Part shown: positions 8,196 through 16,130 of the stretch, piece by piece | How the letters are laid out: every line of letters starts with the position of its first letter | Numbering within the stretch: the stretch's first letter is position 1 | From: Patescibacteria group bacterium | GTDB taxonomy: Bacteria > Patescibacteriota > Minisyncoccia > UBA6257 > HR35 | DNA length: 32,000 nucleotides | NCBI GenBank assembly: GCA_030549845.1 | Contig: JAUQQN010000001.1 | Location: forward strand, 30,001 to 62,000 | Direction: 5' to 3' | Made by a program: the position numbers and the translations under genes | Notes under the pieces: generated by a model | What the model was told of the DNA's origin: nothing | The model's database searches: none | The model's input: the letters and a program-made list of their open reading frames with translations, nothing else

Positions 8196-9271
8196 CCTCC
8201 GCCAGATGATTGAAGTTCTGGCAAATTTAATTTTGCTAATTTTTGTTCGACGTTTTGAAGATAACCCGAAATTGAAGAATATTTAGCTGACATAATTTCT
8301 TTGGGGTCAACATTTTGCCAGTCGATATTTTCAACTAATTTTAAATACATAGCAATCTTAACATAATTTTGAGGAAACCAAAAAGAATTTAACTGAAGAG
8401 CCAATTTATAAAGTTCATCCTTTGTATATCCTTGACTAGCTGCAAGTTCTAAAGCTCCAAGTAAAGCTGAACCGTGATTACAATCTTGAGCAAAAGTTGA
8501 ATTATCACAACAAGGCCTAAAAGTATTTTGAGCAACCTCATAAACAATTTCCTCTTGCTTAGGAGTTAATTTTATAATTTCACATTTATTAAAATATCCA
8601 GCTCCATTATCTTTCTTACCTAACCACCAACCACCAGTTGAAGCTAAATAAGGTAAATCTTTCTCACTAAAAGGAATATTCTTATTAAATTCAGTTTTAT
8701 TTGAAAGTCCCAAGGGCCAGAAAATATTTAACAAGTAATTAGCTGTTTCTTGATCAATAACTAAAGGTTCGTAATAACCATTAATTAACTTTTGAAGATA
8801 TTCAGGAATTTGCCCATTATAAAGTTTCTTCATTTTTTCTAAATCAATTACCCCACAATCAACCATTTTTTTAACAGCATCACCCAAAACTAATCTAGTT
8901 TTAAATCCTTCAAGCGGAAGAACTTGGTTAATTATTTGCTGATATAATTCTTGATTAAAATTTGTTTGTTGGTTTGAAGATTGAGATAAATTTGAAGTAG
9001 TAGGTGAATTACTTAATTTAAAATTAAAAAACAGAAAAACCAAAACACCTCCCAACAAAACACCTATAAGAAGTTGTTGAATGTTGTAAGAGAAAATTTG
9101 GTGATTTATTTCTTCTTTGCCTATACTTTGTTTTATTATTTCTGAATTACAGCTTTTGTGTTCTCTACACCAATTTTCACACTGTTTTGCTAATCCTTCG
9201 GTATCATAATAATAGCCACAAATTTCACACTGATAATAAACTTTGTTCTCCTTTTTAATTTCTTTTACCAT
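8183..9271 (-). CDS. Hypothetical membrane-anchored protein with an N-terminal Cys4 ribbon and a Cys-containing extracytoplasmic domain
   Basis: The N-terminus carries YYQCEICGYYYDTEGLAKQCENWC, a CxxC-x13-CxxxC pattern reminiscent of TRASH/YHS-type modules. It is followed by one TM helix and then a domain containing PCCDNSTFAQDCNHG. The gene sits within the copper string and overlaps its downstream neighbour. Confidence 0.55.
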   Translation of the reverse strand: MVKEIKKENKVYYQCEICGYYYDTEGLAKQCENWCREHKSCNSEIIKQSIGKEEINHQIFSYNIQQLLIGVLLGGVLVFLFFNFKLSNSPTTSNLSQSSNQQTNFNQELYQQIINQVLPLEGFKTRLVLGDAVKKMVDCGVIDLEKMKKLYNGQIPEYLQKLINGYYEPLVIDQETANYLLNIFWPLGLSNKTEFNKNIPFSEKDLPYLASTGGWWLGKKDNGAGYFNKCEIIKLTPKQEEIVYEVAQNTFRPCCDNSTFAQDCNHGSALLGALELAASQGYTKDELYKLALQLNSFWFPQNYVKIAMYLKLVENIDWQNVDPKEIMSAKYSSISGYLQNVEQKLAKLNLPELQSSGGGCGL

Positions 9272-9284
9272 CTTTATATATTAT

Positions 9285-9821
9285 TTATTTATTAATTCCT
9301 TCTTTTAATCTTTTGATTAAATAAATTATTCCCAAAATTAATAAGATTAAAACAAGTATTGGAACAACTAAAATAATTAACATCCAAAAAACACCGACAA
9401 TCGCAAAAATAGGTGCAAAAATACTCCAACCTTTCCAATTAGAAAAATTCCACCATTCCCAATACCCCATCATTGGACCCATCATCCAATTTGACCTACT
9501 ATAACTAACTTCACAACCACTAAATCTTTTACCCATATTTATATGCATTTGTTCTTCAGCTTCTTTGCCATGCATTCTTTCCATCATTTGATTCATTAAA
9601 AGATGATCGCTTCCACCAACCATAAGTTCCATAGCATATTCACCAATTGCATGAAAATCTTCATTGGTTAAATCTTGACAAGTAATTTTTCCTTGTTGCA
9701 ATTTCTCAAAAAGTTCCTTTCCTTTTTGAATTTCAGCATTCAACTCAGCATCTTCACTGTGAGCAAAAGCAAAAGAAATAACGACGAAAAATAATAAAAT
9801 AATAATTAAAAGCTTTTTCAT
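9285..9821 (-). CDS. Secreted Met/His-rich protein with a C-terminal membrane anchor (candidate copper-binding)
   Basis: It has a signal peptide, MKKLLIIILLFFVVISFAFA. A Met/His-rich region follows (HLLMNQMMERMHGKEAEEQMHINM, WMMGPMMGYW). There is a C-terminal TM helix. The gene overlaps csoR by 4 nt. Confidence 0.55.
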   Translation of the reverse strand: MKKLLIIILLFFVVISFAFAHSEDAELNAEIQKGKELFEKLQQGKITCQDLTNEDFHAIGEYAMELMVGGSDHLLMNQMMERMHGKEAEEQMHINMGKRFSGCEVSYSRSNWMMGPMMGYWEWWNFSNWKGWSIFAPIFAIVGVFWMLIILVVPILVLILLILGIIYLIKRLKEGINK

Positions 9822-10084
9822 TTTCTTTTTGCTAATTTGAAAATTTTCAATAATTCTTTAATAGCGACCTCTTTTTTATTTTTAAAATTTTTAGGAGCGC
9901 AAGTTCGAAAATGATTTTCTAAAATTAAATCCTCAATTCCCGATAGAGCATTTTTTATGGCCATTGATTGAATTAAAATATCAATACAATATTTTTCATT
10001 TTCTATCATTTTCTTTAGCCCATCTAATTGACCTCTTACTATATTTAATCTTTTTAAAATTTTTCTTTTCAATTCTTTCTCCAT
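9818..10084 (-). CDS. csoR: CsoR/RcnR-family (DUF156) metal-sensing transcriptional repressor
   Basis: RLNIVRGQLDGLKKMIENEKYCIDILIQSMAIKNAL...ENHFRTC matches the family pattern RLxRIxGQxxGixxM...YCxDxLxQ...HxxxC, including the Cys-His-Cys ligand positions. Confidence 0.85.
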   Translation of the reverse strand: MEKELKRKILKRLNIVRGQLDGLKKMIENEKYCIDILIQSMAIKNALSGIEDLILENHFRTCAPKNFKNKKEVAIKELLKIFKLAKRK

Positions 10085-10098
10085 AGGTTAATTATACC

Positions 10099-10110
10099 AT
10101 ACCCGGGTAT
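10099..10110 (-). promoter_or_regulatory. Candidate CsoR operator / csoR-operon promoter
   Basis: Perfect palindrome ATACCCGGGTAT. The minus strand reads ATACCCGGGTATGGTATAATTAACCTATG, placing a TATAAT box about 6 nt before the csoR ATG. That spacing suggests a leaderless or near-leaderless transcript. Confidence 0.55.
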
Positions 10111-10165
10111 TTTAACAAAATTTCTTCCTGATTATATTATAGCTTATAATTTAAAAAATCTTCCT

Positions 10166-10519
10166 ATGAAAATAATTTATACTATTGGGCATTCAACAAG
10201 AAAATTAGAAGAATTTATTGAGCTTTTAAAGAATTTTAAAATTGAAGTTTTAATAGACATTCGTCATTTTCCCCATTCAAAACATAATCCTCAATTTAAC
10301 AAAGAAATTTTAGAAAAAGAATCACCGAAAGAAGGAATAGATTATCTTTGGCTTGAAGAACTTGGCGGATTTAGAAAGGGAGGTTACTTAGCTTACACTG
10401 AAACACAAGATTTTAAAGAAGGATTAAGAAAACTTACAAAAATTACTGAAGAAAAAGTAACCAATTTTCGTAATCAGATTACGAAAATTTTAGGAATTCA
10501 TTGCAATTTTAGGTTTTAA
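10166..10519 (+). pseudogene. DUF488-family gene, 3'-truncated at a palindromic element
   Basis: MKIIYTIGHSTRKLEEFIELLKNFKIEVLIDIRHFPHSKHNPQFNKE...LGGFRKG...FKEGLRKL matches the TIGHS-type DUF488 N-terminal two-thirds. After ...EEKV the frame reads through palindrome copy e (NFRNQITK) and stops. The conserved C-terminal segment of the family is absent. Confidence 0.65.
10465..10487. repeat. Palindromic element, perfect copy e (extends to a 27-bp palindrome at 10463-10489)
   Basis: TTTTCGTAATCAGATTACGAAAA, located at the point where similarity to DUF488 ends. Confidence 0.9.
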
Positions 10520-10550
10520 TTCATAGAAGATTATTTACTTTATTATCCAA

Positions 10551-11597
10551 TTACTCTATCTCGATAATGCTCTTTTGGATACCAAATTTGTTTTCAATTT
10601 CCCTGAACCTTTCCATAAGTTTGTTGCTATCCATTTGCATAATTCTTGGCAAAACTTGGGATTTTAGATATTTCTCAGCCTCTAAATCTATCAATTCCTG
10701 CAACTTTTTCAACGCATTAAGTTTGTAAGGGTCTTCATCATTTTCAAGAATTTTCCAAAATACCTTATTGTACTGTGCTAATTCATCAGCTATTATCAAT
10801 AAGGCAATATACTGTGCTTTCTCATAAAGACTTAAAGGGTTTTGCTGTTCTTTTGTAGTTCTGTTTTCTGCTATTCTATTTAAAGAATACTCTAATTGCT
10901 GGTTGAATATTTCGTTATCTTTAGGGTTGAATATAAATTGGACAATATGGCTAGCAATTTCGGTTTTAATTTGACTTATCAATCCATCATCTCGCTCTAA
11001 ATGAGTTAATTCGTGAACAATAGAGGCAGCAAGGTGCTTTTGTTGGCTATCTATTTCTTTTTTATTTTTAGCCTTAATTGCTTCTATTAAAGGCATTAAT
11101 TCTCGGTAACTAATCCTAATCCCCCCGATATCTCCAGCTTCCATACCAAAATGCTTACTTCCTTCAATAACAAACCCTTTTGGTTTGTATCGCCAGTTGT
11201 AAAAATGAATTGCGCTATTGTAGGTTTCGATAAGCAGTTTATTAACCTCCTCAATAATTTCAGGCTGCTCGGTTAAGTCTTTCCATGCCTCTTGAGGTAT
11301 TGTTTCGTAGGTATAAAGCAACTCCTCAGATTTGTTATAAATCCAAATTACATGGTTCAGTCGTTTTTCTTGCTCATTTTCTATTTCATACAAATAAACA
11401 GCATCTCTATTTAGAGAAATAATGTTATGAATGTTTGCTTGAGCTAGCGAGTTTGTAGTATAATTCTCCCAATATTCTTTAAATCTTTTATCAATTCTAG
11501 CAATACCTTCTATTCGTTCTCTCCTCTGCCTGGCTAATTCTTCCCTCTCTTCTTCAGATAACTTTTTAAATCTTGATTCAAATATTTCGGGATTCAT
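10551..11597 (-). CDS. Hypothetical protein with an HExxH motif (putative zinc metallopeptidase-like)
   Basis: 348-aa ORF. IVHELTHLERDD is the only motif I recognise. G+C is locally elevated compared with the neighbours. It is flanked by palindrome copies e and f. Confidence 0.55.
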   Translation of the reverse strand: MNPEIFESRFKKLSEEEREELARQRRERIEGIARIDKRFKEYWENYTTNSLAQANIHNIISLNRDAVYLYEIENEQEKRLNHVIWIYNKSEELLYTYETIPQEAWKDLTEQPEIIEEVNKLLIETYNSAIHFYNWRYKPKGFVIEGSKHFGMEAGDIGGIRISYRELMPLIEAIKAKNKKEIDSQQKHLAASIVHELTHLERDDGLISQIKTEIASHIVQFIFNPKDNEIFNQQLEYSLNRIAENRTTKEQQNPLSLYEKAQYIALLIIADELAQYNKVFWKILENDEDPYKLNALKKLQELIDLEAEKYLKSQVLPRIMQMDSNKLMERFREIENKFGIQKSIIEIE

Positions 11598-11632
11598 CTT
11601 AATAAAAAATAATTTTATAAAGATTTCTCAAT

Positions 11633-11654
11633 TTTTGTAACCTGATTACGAAAA
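11633..11654. repeat. Palindromic element, degenerate copy f (TTTTGTAACCTGATTACGAAAA)
   Basis: The right arm, GATTACGAAAA, is intact and the left arm has decayed. The central base is T. Confidence 0.7.
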
Positions 11655-11811
11655 TATTAATTCATGGATTTCTTTTATCTTAAGATGATATTCTTCTCAT
11701 ATAGTTTCTTTTAATTGAGGTGTTATCGTAATAAAAACTTTTGAATAAAAAAGACTAACAAATCCATCAAAAATTAAAACCATTAACTGAGTAAAATTTT
11801 TATCCCTATTT

Positions 11812-12861
11812 TTATTGTCTCGGCACTGGGGTACAAACATTATTAACACATTTTATTCTAAATTGGCCAGTAAAACCCGTACAAAAATCAGGACATTCTC
11901 TTGAAGTATCAATAAATCTTTTATTTCCAAAAGCACATTTTTTTGTTTCTTTATCAACTCCGCAGGCACAATCAGCATCAGTTTGGCAAAACATTTTACC
12001 TACTTCTGAAGGAAAACCTGGAAATTGTGATCCTGGCGGAAAACTAGGAAGTTCTGAAGTTTTCTTACAAGCTTTAAGATCATTATCAGTGAAATTTGGT
12101 AAGCCTCCATCCATACCAAAATTAGTAAGCATAATTGATCTCTGCTGTATCCCTATTCTTTCTTTAAACATTACAAAATAAATTGGTACTTCTCCTGAAA
12201 GCCAAAATTCATTTATTACTTTTTCATTTTCCATTACCCCTTCTTTTTTAAATTTAGCAACTTTAATCTTTTTACCTGACTCCAAAGTTATTTCTTCTTC
12301 GCCAACAAAATTCCATTCAGAAAGATTAACTTTATATTCTTTTTCTAAATTCTCATTTGAAAATGCTACATCTGGTAAACCACCAACAAATCCCTTCATA
12401 AATTTTTCTTTCAAGCATTGAGTGGGCATCCCCTTACCTTTTGCTAAATAAAGAGATTCCCCTGTTTCTTTATTAAACACCATAGCAAATATCATTCCTC
12501 CCATTAATTCGTCACTATCCATTTCAATTCCAACATATTCTTTACCACCAATCGGAAGAGAAATAAGTTTGACTAAAGCTTTAAAAATTCTTGGCGTCTC
12601 TTTACTACCCATTAAACTTACTCCATAACCTTCAAGCTTATATTCTAACCAAGCTTCTTTTTTAAACCCAATTCCTGGAATTATTTTAAAATTATCCCCT
12701 TCTACTTTGGGCACTTCATAACCTTCTGGCGCTTTATATCCACCAATTTCTGGAACTTGATAACTTCCTTTTTGTGATTTTCCTTTAAGAACAAAAAATC
12801 CAATCACCATAACTAAAACCATTATCCCTACTAAAATAAAAAGTAAAAATTTTTTATCCAT
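11812..12861 (-). CDS. Hypothetical secreted/membrane-anchored protein with a Cys-rich C-terminal module
   Basis: It has an N-terminal signal anchor, FLLFILVGIMVLVMVIGFFVL. The C-terminus reads CQTDADCACGVDKETKKCAFG...CPDFCTG...CVNNVC. Confidence 0.6.
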   Translation of the reverse strand: MDKKFLLFILVGIMVLVMVIGFFVLKGKSQKGSYQVPEIGGYKAPEGYEVPKVEGDNFKIIPGIGFKKEAWLEYKLEGYGVSLMGSKETPRIFKALVKLISLPIGGKEYVGIEMDSDELMGGMIFAMVFNKETGESLYLAKGKGMPTQCLKEKFMKGFVGGLPDVAFSNENLEKEYKVNLSEWNFVGEEEITLESGKKIKVAKFKKEGVMENEKVINEFWLSGEVPIYFVMFKERIGIQQRSIMLTNFGMDGGLPNFTDNDLKACKKTSELPSFPPGSQFPGFPSEVGKMFCQTDADCACGVDKETKKCAFGNKRFIDTSRECPDFCTGFTGQFRIKCVNNVCTPVPRQ

Positions 12862-12966
12862 TTTTTTATTATATTTTTAATGCCGCCCTCTTTGGATAAA
12901 TTTTACAATAAAAACTTAAATTTTTATTTTAGTAAATATATCTTTAAAAATAAACTTAAAATTATA

Positions 12967-13158
12967 AATTTTACATTTACAATGCTATAGCATTTTAAAT
13001 TTACAGCCCTTTCAGTAAGCATAGTTTTTTAAATGTGGGCTCATTTTTGAAGGTAGGCTAAGGATTTTAAATTTACAATGCTATAGCATTTTAAATTTAC
13101 AATTCTTTTTAAATAAGCATATTCTTCGAAGGTGGGTTAGAATTTTTCAGAAGCTCCA
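12967..13158. repeat. Tandem direct repeat of two ~96-bp units, each with the core TTTACAATGCTATAGCATTTTAAATTTACA
   Basis: The 30-nt core occurs identically at 12976-13005 and 13072-13101 and contains the 14-bp perfect palindrome AATGCTATAGCATT. The unit tails are about 70% similar (..TAAGCATA..T..GTGGG..). Confidence 0.8.
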
Positions 13159-13421
13159 CTGCAGTGTTTTTTTTAATCTTCATTATAAATAATGGGATTT
13201 TCTGAAGTACTGTAATAAGCAATAAATGCTTTAAAGGATTCAAAGGAATTTCCATCATTGAATTTTCTTCGATTTTTGATATTGTTTCTAGTTTAAATCC
13301 TAGATAGTAGATTATCTCATGACATATTTTATCCGTTATTGATTTTGGCGAGTCATCTTCTGATGGTTTATAAACTATTACAGGATAAAAACCAAACTCT
13401 TTTTTTATACCTATAACTCCA

Positions 13422-14108
13422 TCAACATCGAGAAAGGGTGCTTCGCCTAGAAGTGTGGTAAGGGTGAGTTTTAAGGGATAGAAGAAAATTATTTAAATAA
13501 TAAGTAAATGAGGAAATTATTGAAAAATTGTGTTGGTTAAGAAGATCTTCTAATTCTTTTTTTGAATAATATTTTCTTGCTGATTCTAAATTTTTTATTA
13601 TTTTAAGAAGTAGTTTAAGATAAAAAACATCAGGCGAGGGATCAACTAATAAAAATAAACCATTATCTTTTAAAACTCTTCCTATTTCTTTTAAAGCTGA
13701 GTCTGGATTGTAGAAATGATGGAAAGTATCCACACAGATAACAAAATTAAAACTTCCCTCTTCAAAGGGTAAATTTTCAACATTAGCTTCAATAATTTTT
13801 GTATTATTTAGATTAAAAGTTTTGTTTATTGCTTTTTCAACCATACCTTTTGAGAAATCAACACCGAAGAATTCTACTTCTTTAAATTCTTTTGCTAATT
13901 TGAAAATAACTTCAGCTGTTCCACATCCAACATCTAAAAATTTGCTTTTAGGTTTTAAGTATCCATTTGTTTGATTTTTGATTACTTCGATTACTTTTTT
14001 ATAAAGTTTTTCAAAATAAATTAATCTAAATATCGAAGAATCATAAAACCTTGACCACAAATCAAACTGTTTTTTATTTAAATTTTCAAATTCTTCTTTT
14101 GTCATCAA
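13422..14108 (-). CDS. Class I SAM-dependent methyltransferase (Methyltransf_11/25-like)
   Basis: Motif I is FLDVGCGTAEVIFKLA. The post-I region is GVDFSKGMVEKA, followed by FNFVICVDTFHHF and GLFLLVD. Confidence 0.85.
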   Translation of the reverse strand: MMTKEEFENLNKKQFDLWSRFYDSSIFRLIYFEKLYKKVIEVIKNQTNGYLKPKSKFLDVGCGTAEVIFKLAKEFKEVEFFGVDFSKGMVEKAINKTFNLNNTKIIEANVENLPFEEGSFNFVICVDTFHHFYNPDSALKEIGRVLKDNGLFLLVDPSPDVFYLKLLLKIIKNLESARKYYSKKELEDLLNQHNFSIISSFTYYLNNFLLSLKTHPYHTSRRSTLSRC

Positions 14109-14191
14109 AAGTTTTTTAAATTAAGAATTATATAACCTTAAAAAACTAAAAATAGTATTCAAGATAAAATTGAATTCAAAAATAATTATTT

Positions 14192-14893
14192 TTATATACT
14201 ATTTCTTTTTTCAAAATAACTACAATAAGCACAATTTGGATTAGCAAGTGGAGGAGTTTTGCTATAATAAACCTCTTTTAAGTTTTCTAAAATTTCATCA
14301 TATTTTTCATAATCTAAATTTTCTACCAAAACAACATCTCTTTCTTCAATTATTAAGGTTTCTCGCCTGTTTGAATCCCCTAATTCTTTAATGATATCAA
14401 TTTTAACTACATAAAAAGCTCCATAATTTGCTACTTTTTCTTTATTTTTTAAAAGCAAGTAGCCATAAATTTCTAACTGTCTTTTATAACTCTCATAAAT
14501 TTGAAAATTTTTACTTAATGTTGTTTTGAAATCAAAAGGTACAAGATTATTATGTTTATCAATTAAAAGTTCATCAATCTTCCCCCAATAAATAAAATTA
14601 TGTTCTGGATGATAAAACTCTATGCCTTTACCTCGCCAAGTTTTTAATTTTTCAAAATCATCAAAAAGATCTAATCCAAGTTCTTTTAATTTTTCTGGCT
14701 TAGTAAAGCTTTGGCGGTAATTGTCGAATTCACTTTTAATTAATGGATCGTATTTTTGGCCTATAAACCCACCTGTAATTCCTTCAGGTCTTTTAATATT
14801 ATGTTTAATTTCTAACCAAAAACACCTTGGACAATCAATAAAAAGTTCAATTTTAGCTCTGGATATTTTGATAGTACTGTTTGTATTTTTCAT
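14192..14893 (-). CDS. Cas4-like / RecB-family PD-(D/E)XK nuclease with Cys cluster
   Basis: The N-terminus carries SRAKIELFIDCPRCFW and the C-terminus carries NCAYCSY, a Cas4-type C...CxxC arrangement. The core reads GKIDELLIDKHNNLVPFDFKT (D...D-x-K) and is followed by a QLEIYGY (QxxxY) motif. Confidence 0.8.
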   Translation of the reverse strand: MKNTNSTIKISRAKIELFIDCPRCFWLEIKHNIKRPEGITGGFIGQKYDPLIKSEFDNYRQSFTKPEKLKELGLDLFDDFEKLKTWRGKGIEFYHPEHNFIYWGKIDELLIDKHNNLVPFDFKTTLSKNFQIYESYKRQLEIYGYLLLKNKEKVANYGAFYVVKIDIIKELGDSNRRETLIIEERDVVLVENLDYEKYDEILENLKEVYYSKTPPLANPNCAYCSYFEKRNSI

Positions 14894-15193
14894 GGAAAAA
14901 CATTTTAAATTTCGACATATTCCAATTTTTTAATTATAGAACAATAATTTAAAAAATCTAATAATTTTTATCATTAATCATTCAGCCAACAAAAAAGGCC
15001 TTAAAATTCCTTAGTCATTGTTCAAATTTATTTTCTCAATTTCTAGAGAAAATAAGAAAGGTAAATTTTTAAAATTTCTAAAGTAAATTTTTAAATTTTA
15101 TAAAATACCTTTTTAATTTCGGCCTTTTTGAATAAATTTCGCAATAAAATTTTTATTTTTCAATTTTGGTTAGTATATTTTTAGATACCATGT

Positions 15194-15430
15194 TTAAGCT
15201 GTTTTAAATTTATTATTATTTTTGATCTTTAATACATCCAAAATCTTTTTTTCTAAGTTTTTATTCCAATTTTCTATATCGGTTAATTTATTAATAAAAT
15301 CAACTAATTTGTAATATTCTATAACAAAACAATTATCTAACCCCTGAACATTTTCTATTTTTCCATTTACAAAAACAACAATTGGGATTGTTTTTATATT
15401 GATGTTATTATCCTTTAATAACTCATTTAA
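15194..15430 (-). pseudogene. Displaced C-terminal part of the NERD gene, in a different frame
   Basis: My manual translation gives LNELLKDNNINIKTIPIVVFVNGKIENVQGLDNCFVIEYYKLVDFINKL..., the expected continuation of a NERD domain (..IPxVVF..). It would join 15427-16020 if the T7 run (coding strand) at 15429-15435 had 8 T. Confidence 0.6.
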
Positions 15431-16020
15431 AAAAATTCTCTTTCTAAAATTTGGCGAATCGGATTTTTATAATAAAGTTTATATCTCATTTTACCTTTTT
15501 CTTTGCGATATAATTCTTGACCACTAACCCTAAATAATCCGTGGTAATTTTTAATCTCTAATAAAATTATTCCTTTAGGCCCTATTAGTATTCCATCAAT
15601 ATCACCTGTCTCTATATTGGATAATTCATAATTTTTAATATAATTGGATAATTCATAATTTTTAATATAAACATATTTATCACTCAAATGTCTTTTTAAA
15701 AATTTTATAACCCTATTTTCTCCTTCTTCGCCTTTTATCAAAGAGTCTAATTTATCAATTAAACTATCTAAATACTCAAAACCTCCTAAAATAGAAAATA
15801 ATAAAAATACAATTAAAAAGAAAATTGCTATACTGGAAAAGAATTTTTTGACAGGCTCTAAGAATTTAAGAAATTCTGGTAATGGTACTAATGAAAAAAC
15901 GCCTGTAAAAACAAAAATAAGCAAAAATACTAATAAAAGTAAAAGAATAATTGTTGGTTTATTGCCAATTTTTTCAAGTTCTTTGGCGAGGTATGATTTT
16001 TGATATTCTATTATCCTCAT
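15427..16020 (-). CDS. NERD (nuclease-related domain) protein with N-terminal TM helices, interrupted by a frameshift
   Basis: GEEGENRVIKFLKRHL...GDIDGILIGPKGIILLEIKNYHG...NPIRQ matches the NERD pattern. The ORF ends immediately after a homopolymer run. Confidence 0.75.
   Translation of the reverse strand: MRIIEYQKSYLAKELEKIGNKPTIILLLLLVFLLIFVFTGVFSLVPLPEFLKFLEPVKKFFSSIAIFFLIVFLLFSILGGFEYLDSLIDKLDSLIKGEEGENRVIKFLKRHLSDKYVYIKNYELSNYIKNYELSNIETGDIDGILIGPKGIILLEIKNYHGLFRVSGQELYRKEKGKMRYKLYYKNPIRQILEREFF
15616..15669. repeat. Perfect 27-bp tandem duplication inside the NERD ORF
   Basis: ATTGGATAATTCATAATTTTTAATATA occurs twice back to back. It is in frame and duplicates YIKNYELSN. Confidence 0.9.
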
Positions 16021-16130
16021 TTATAAAAATCAAATATAAACATATTTTTATCTCATAAATTGACTTTAAAAAAATTTTTATTTTGATACATTGATTATCG
16101 TAGTTTTTATCTCGATTAATTTATTAAACA

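Noticed and set aside
12967-13158. Possible CRISPR array.
   Set aside because: There are only two units of about 96 bp, directly abutting, with no unique spacers of regular length. No cas genes are nearby apart from a lone Cas4-like nuclease.
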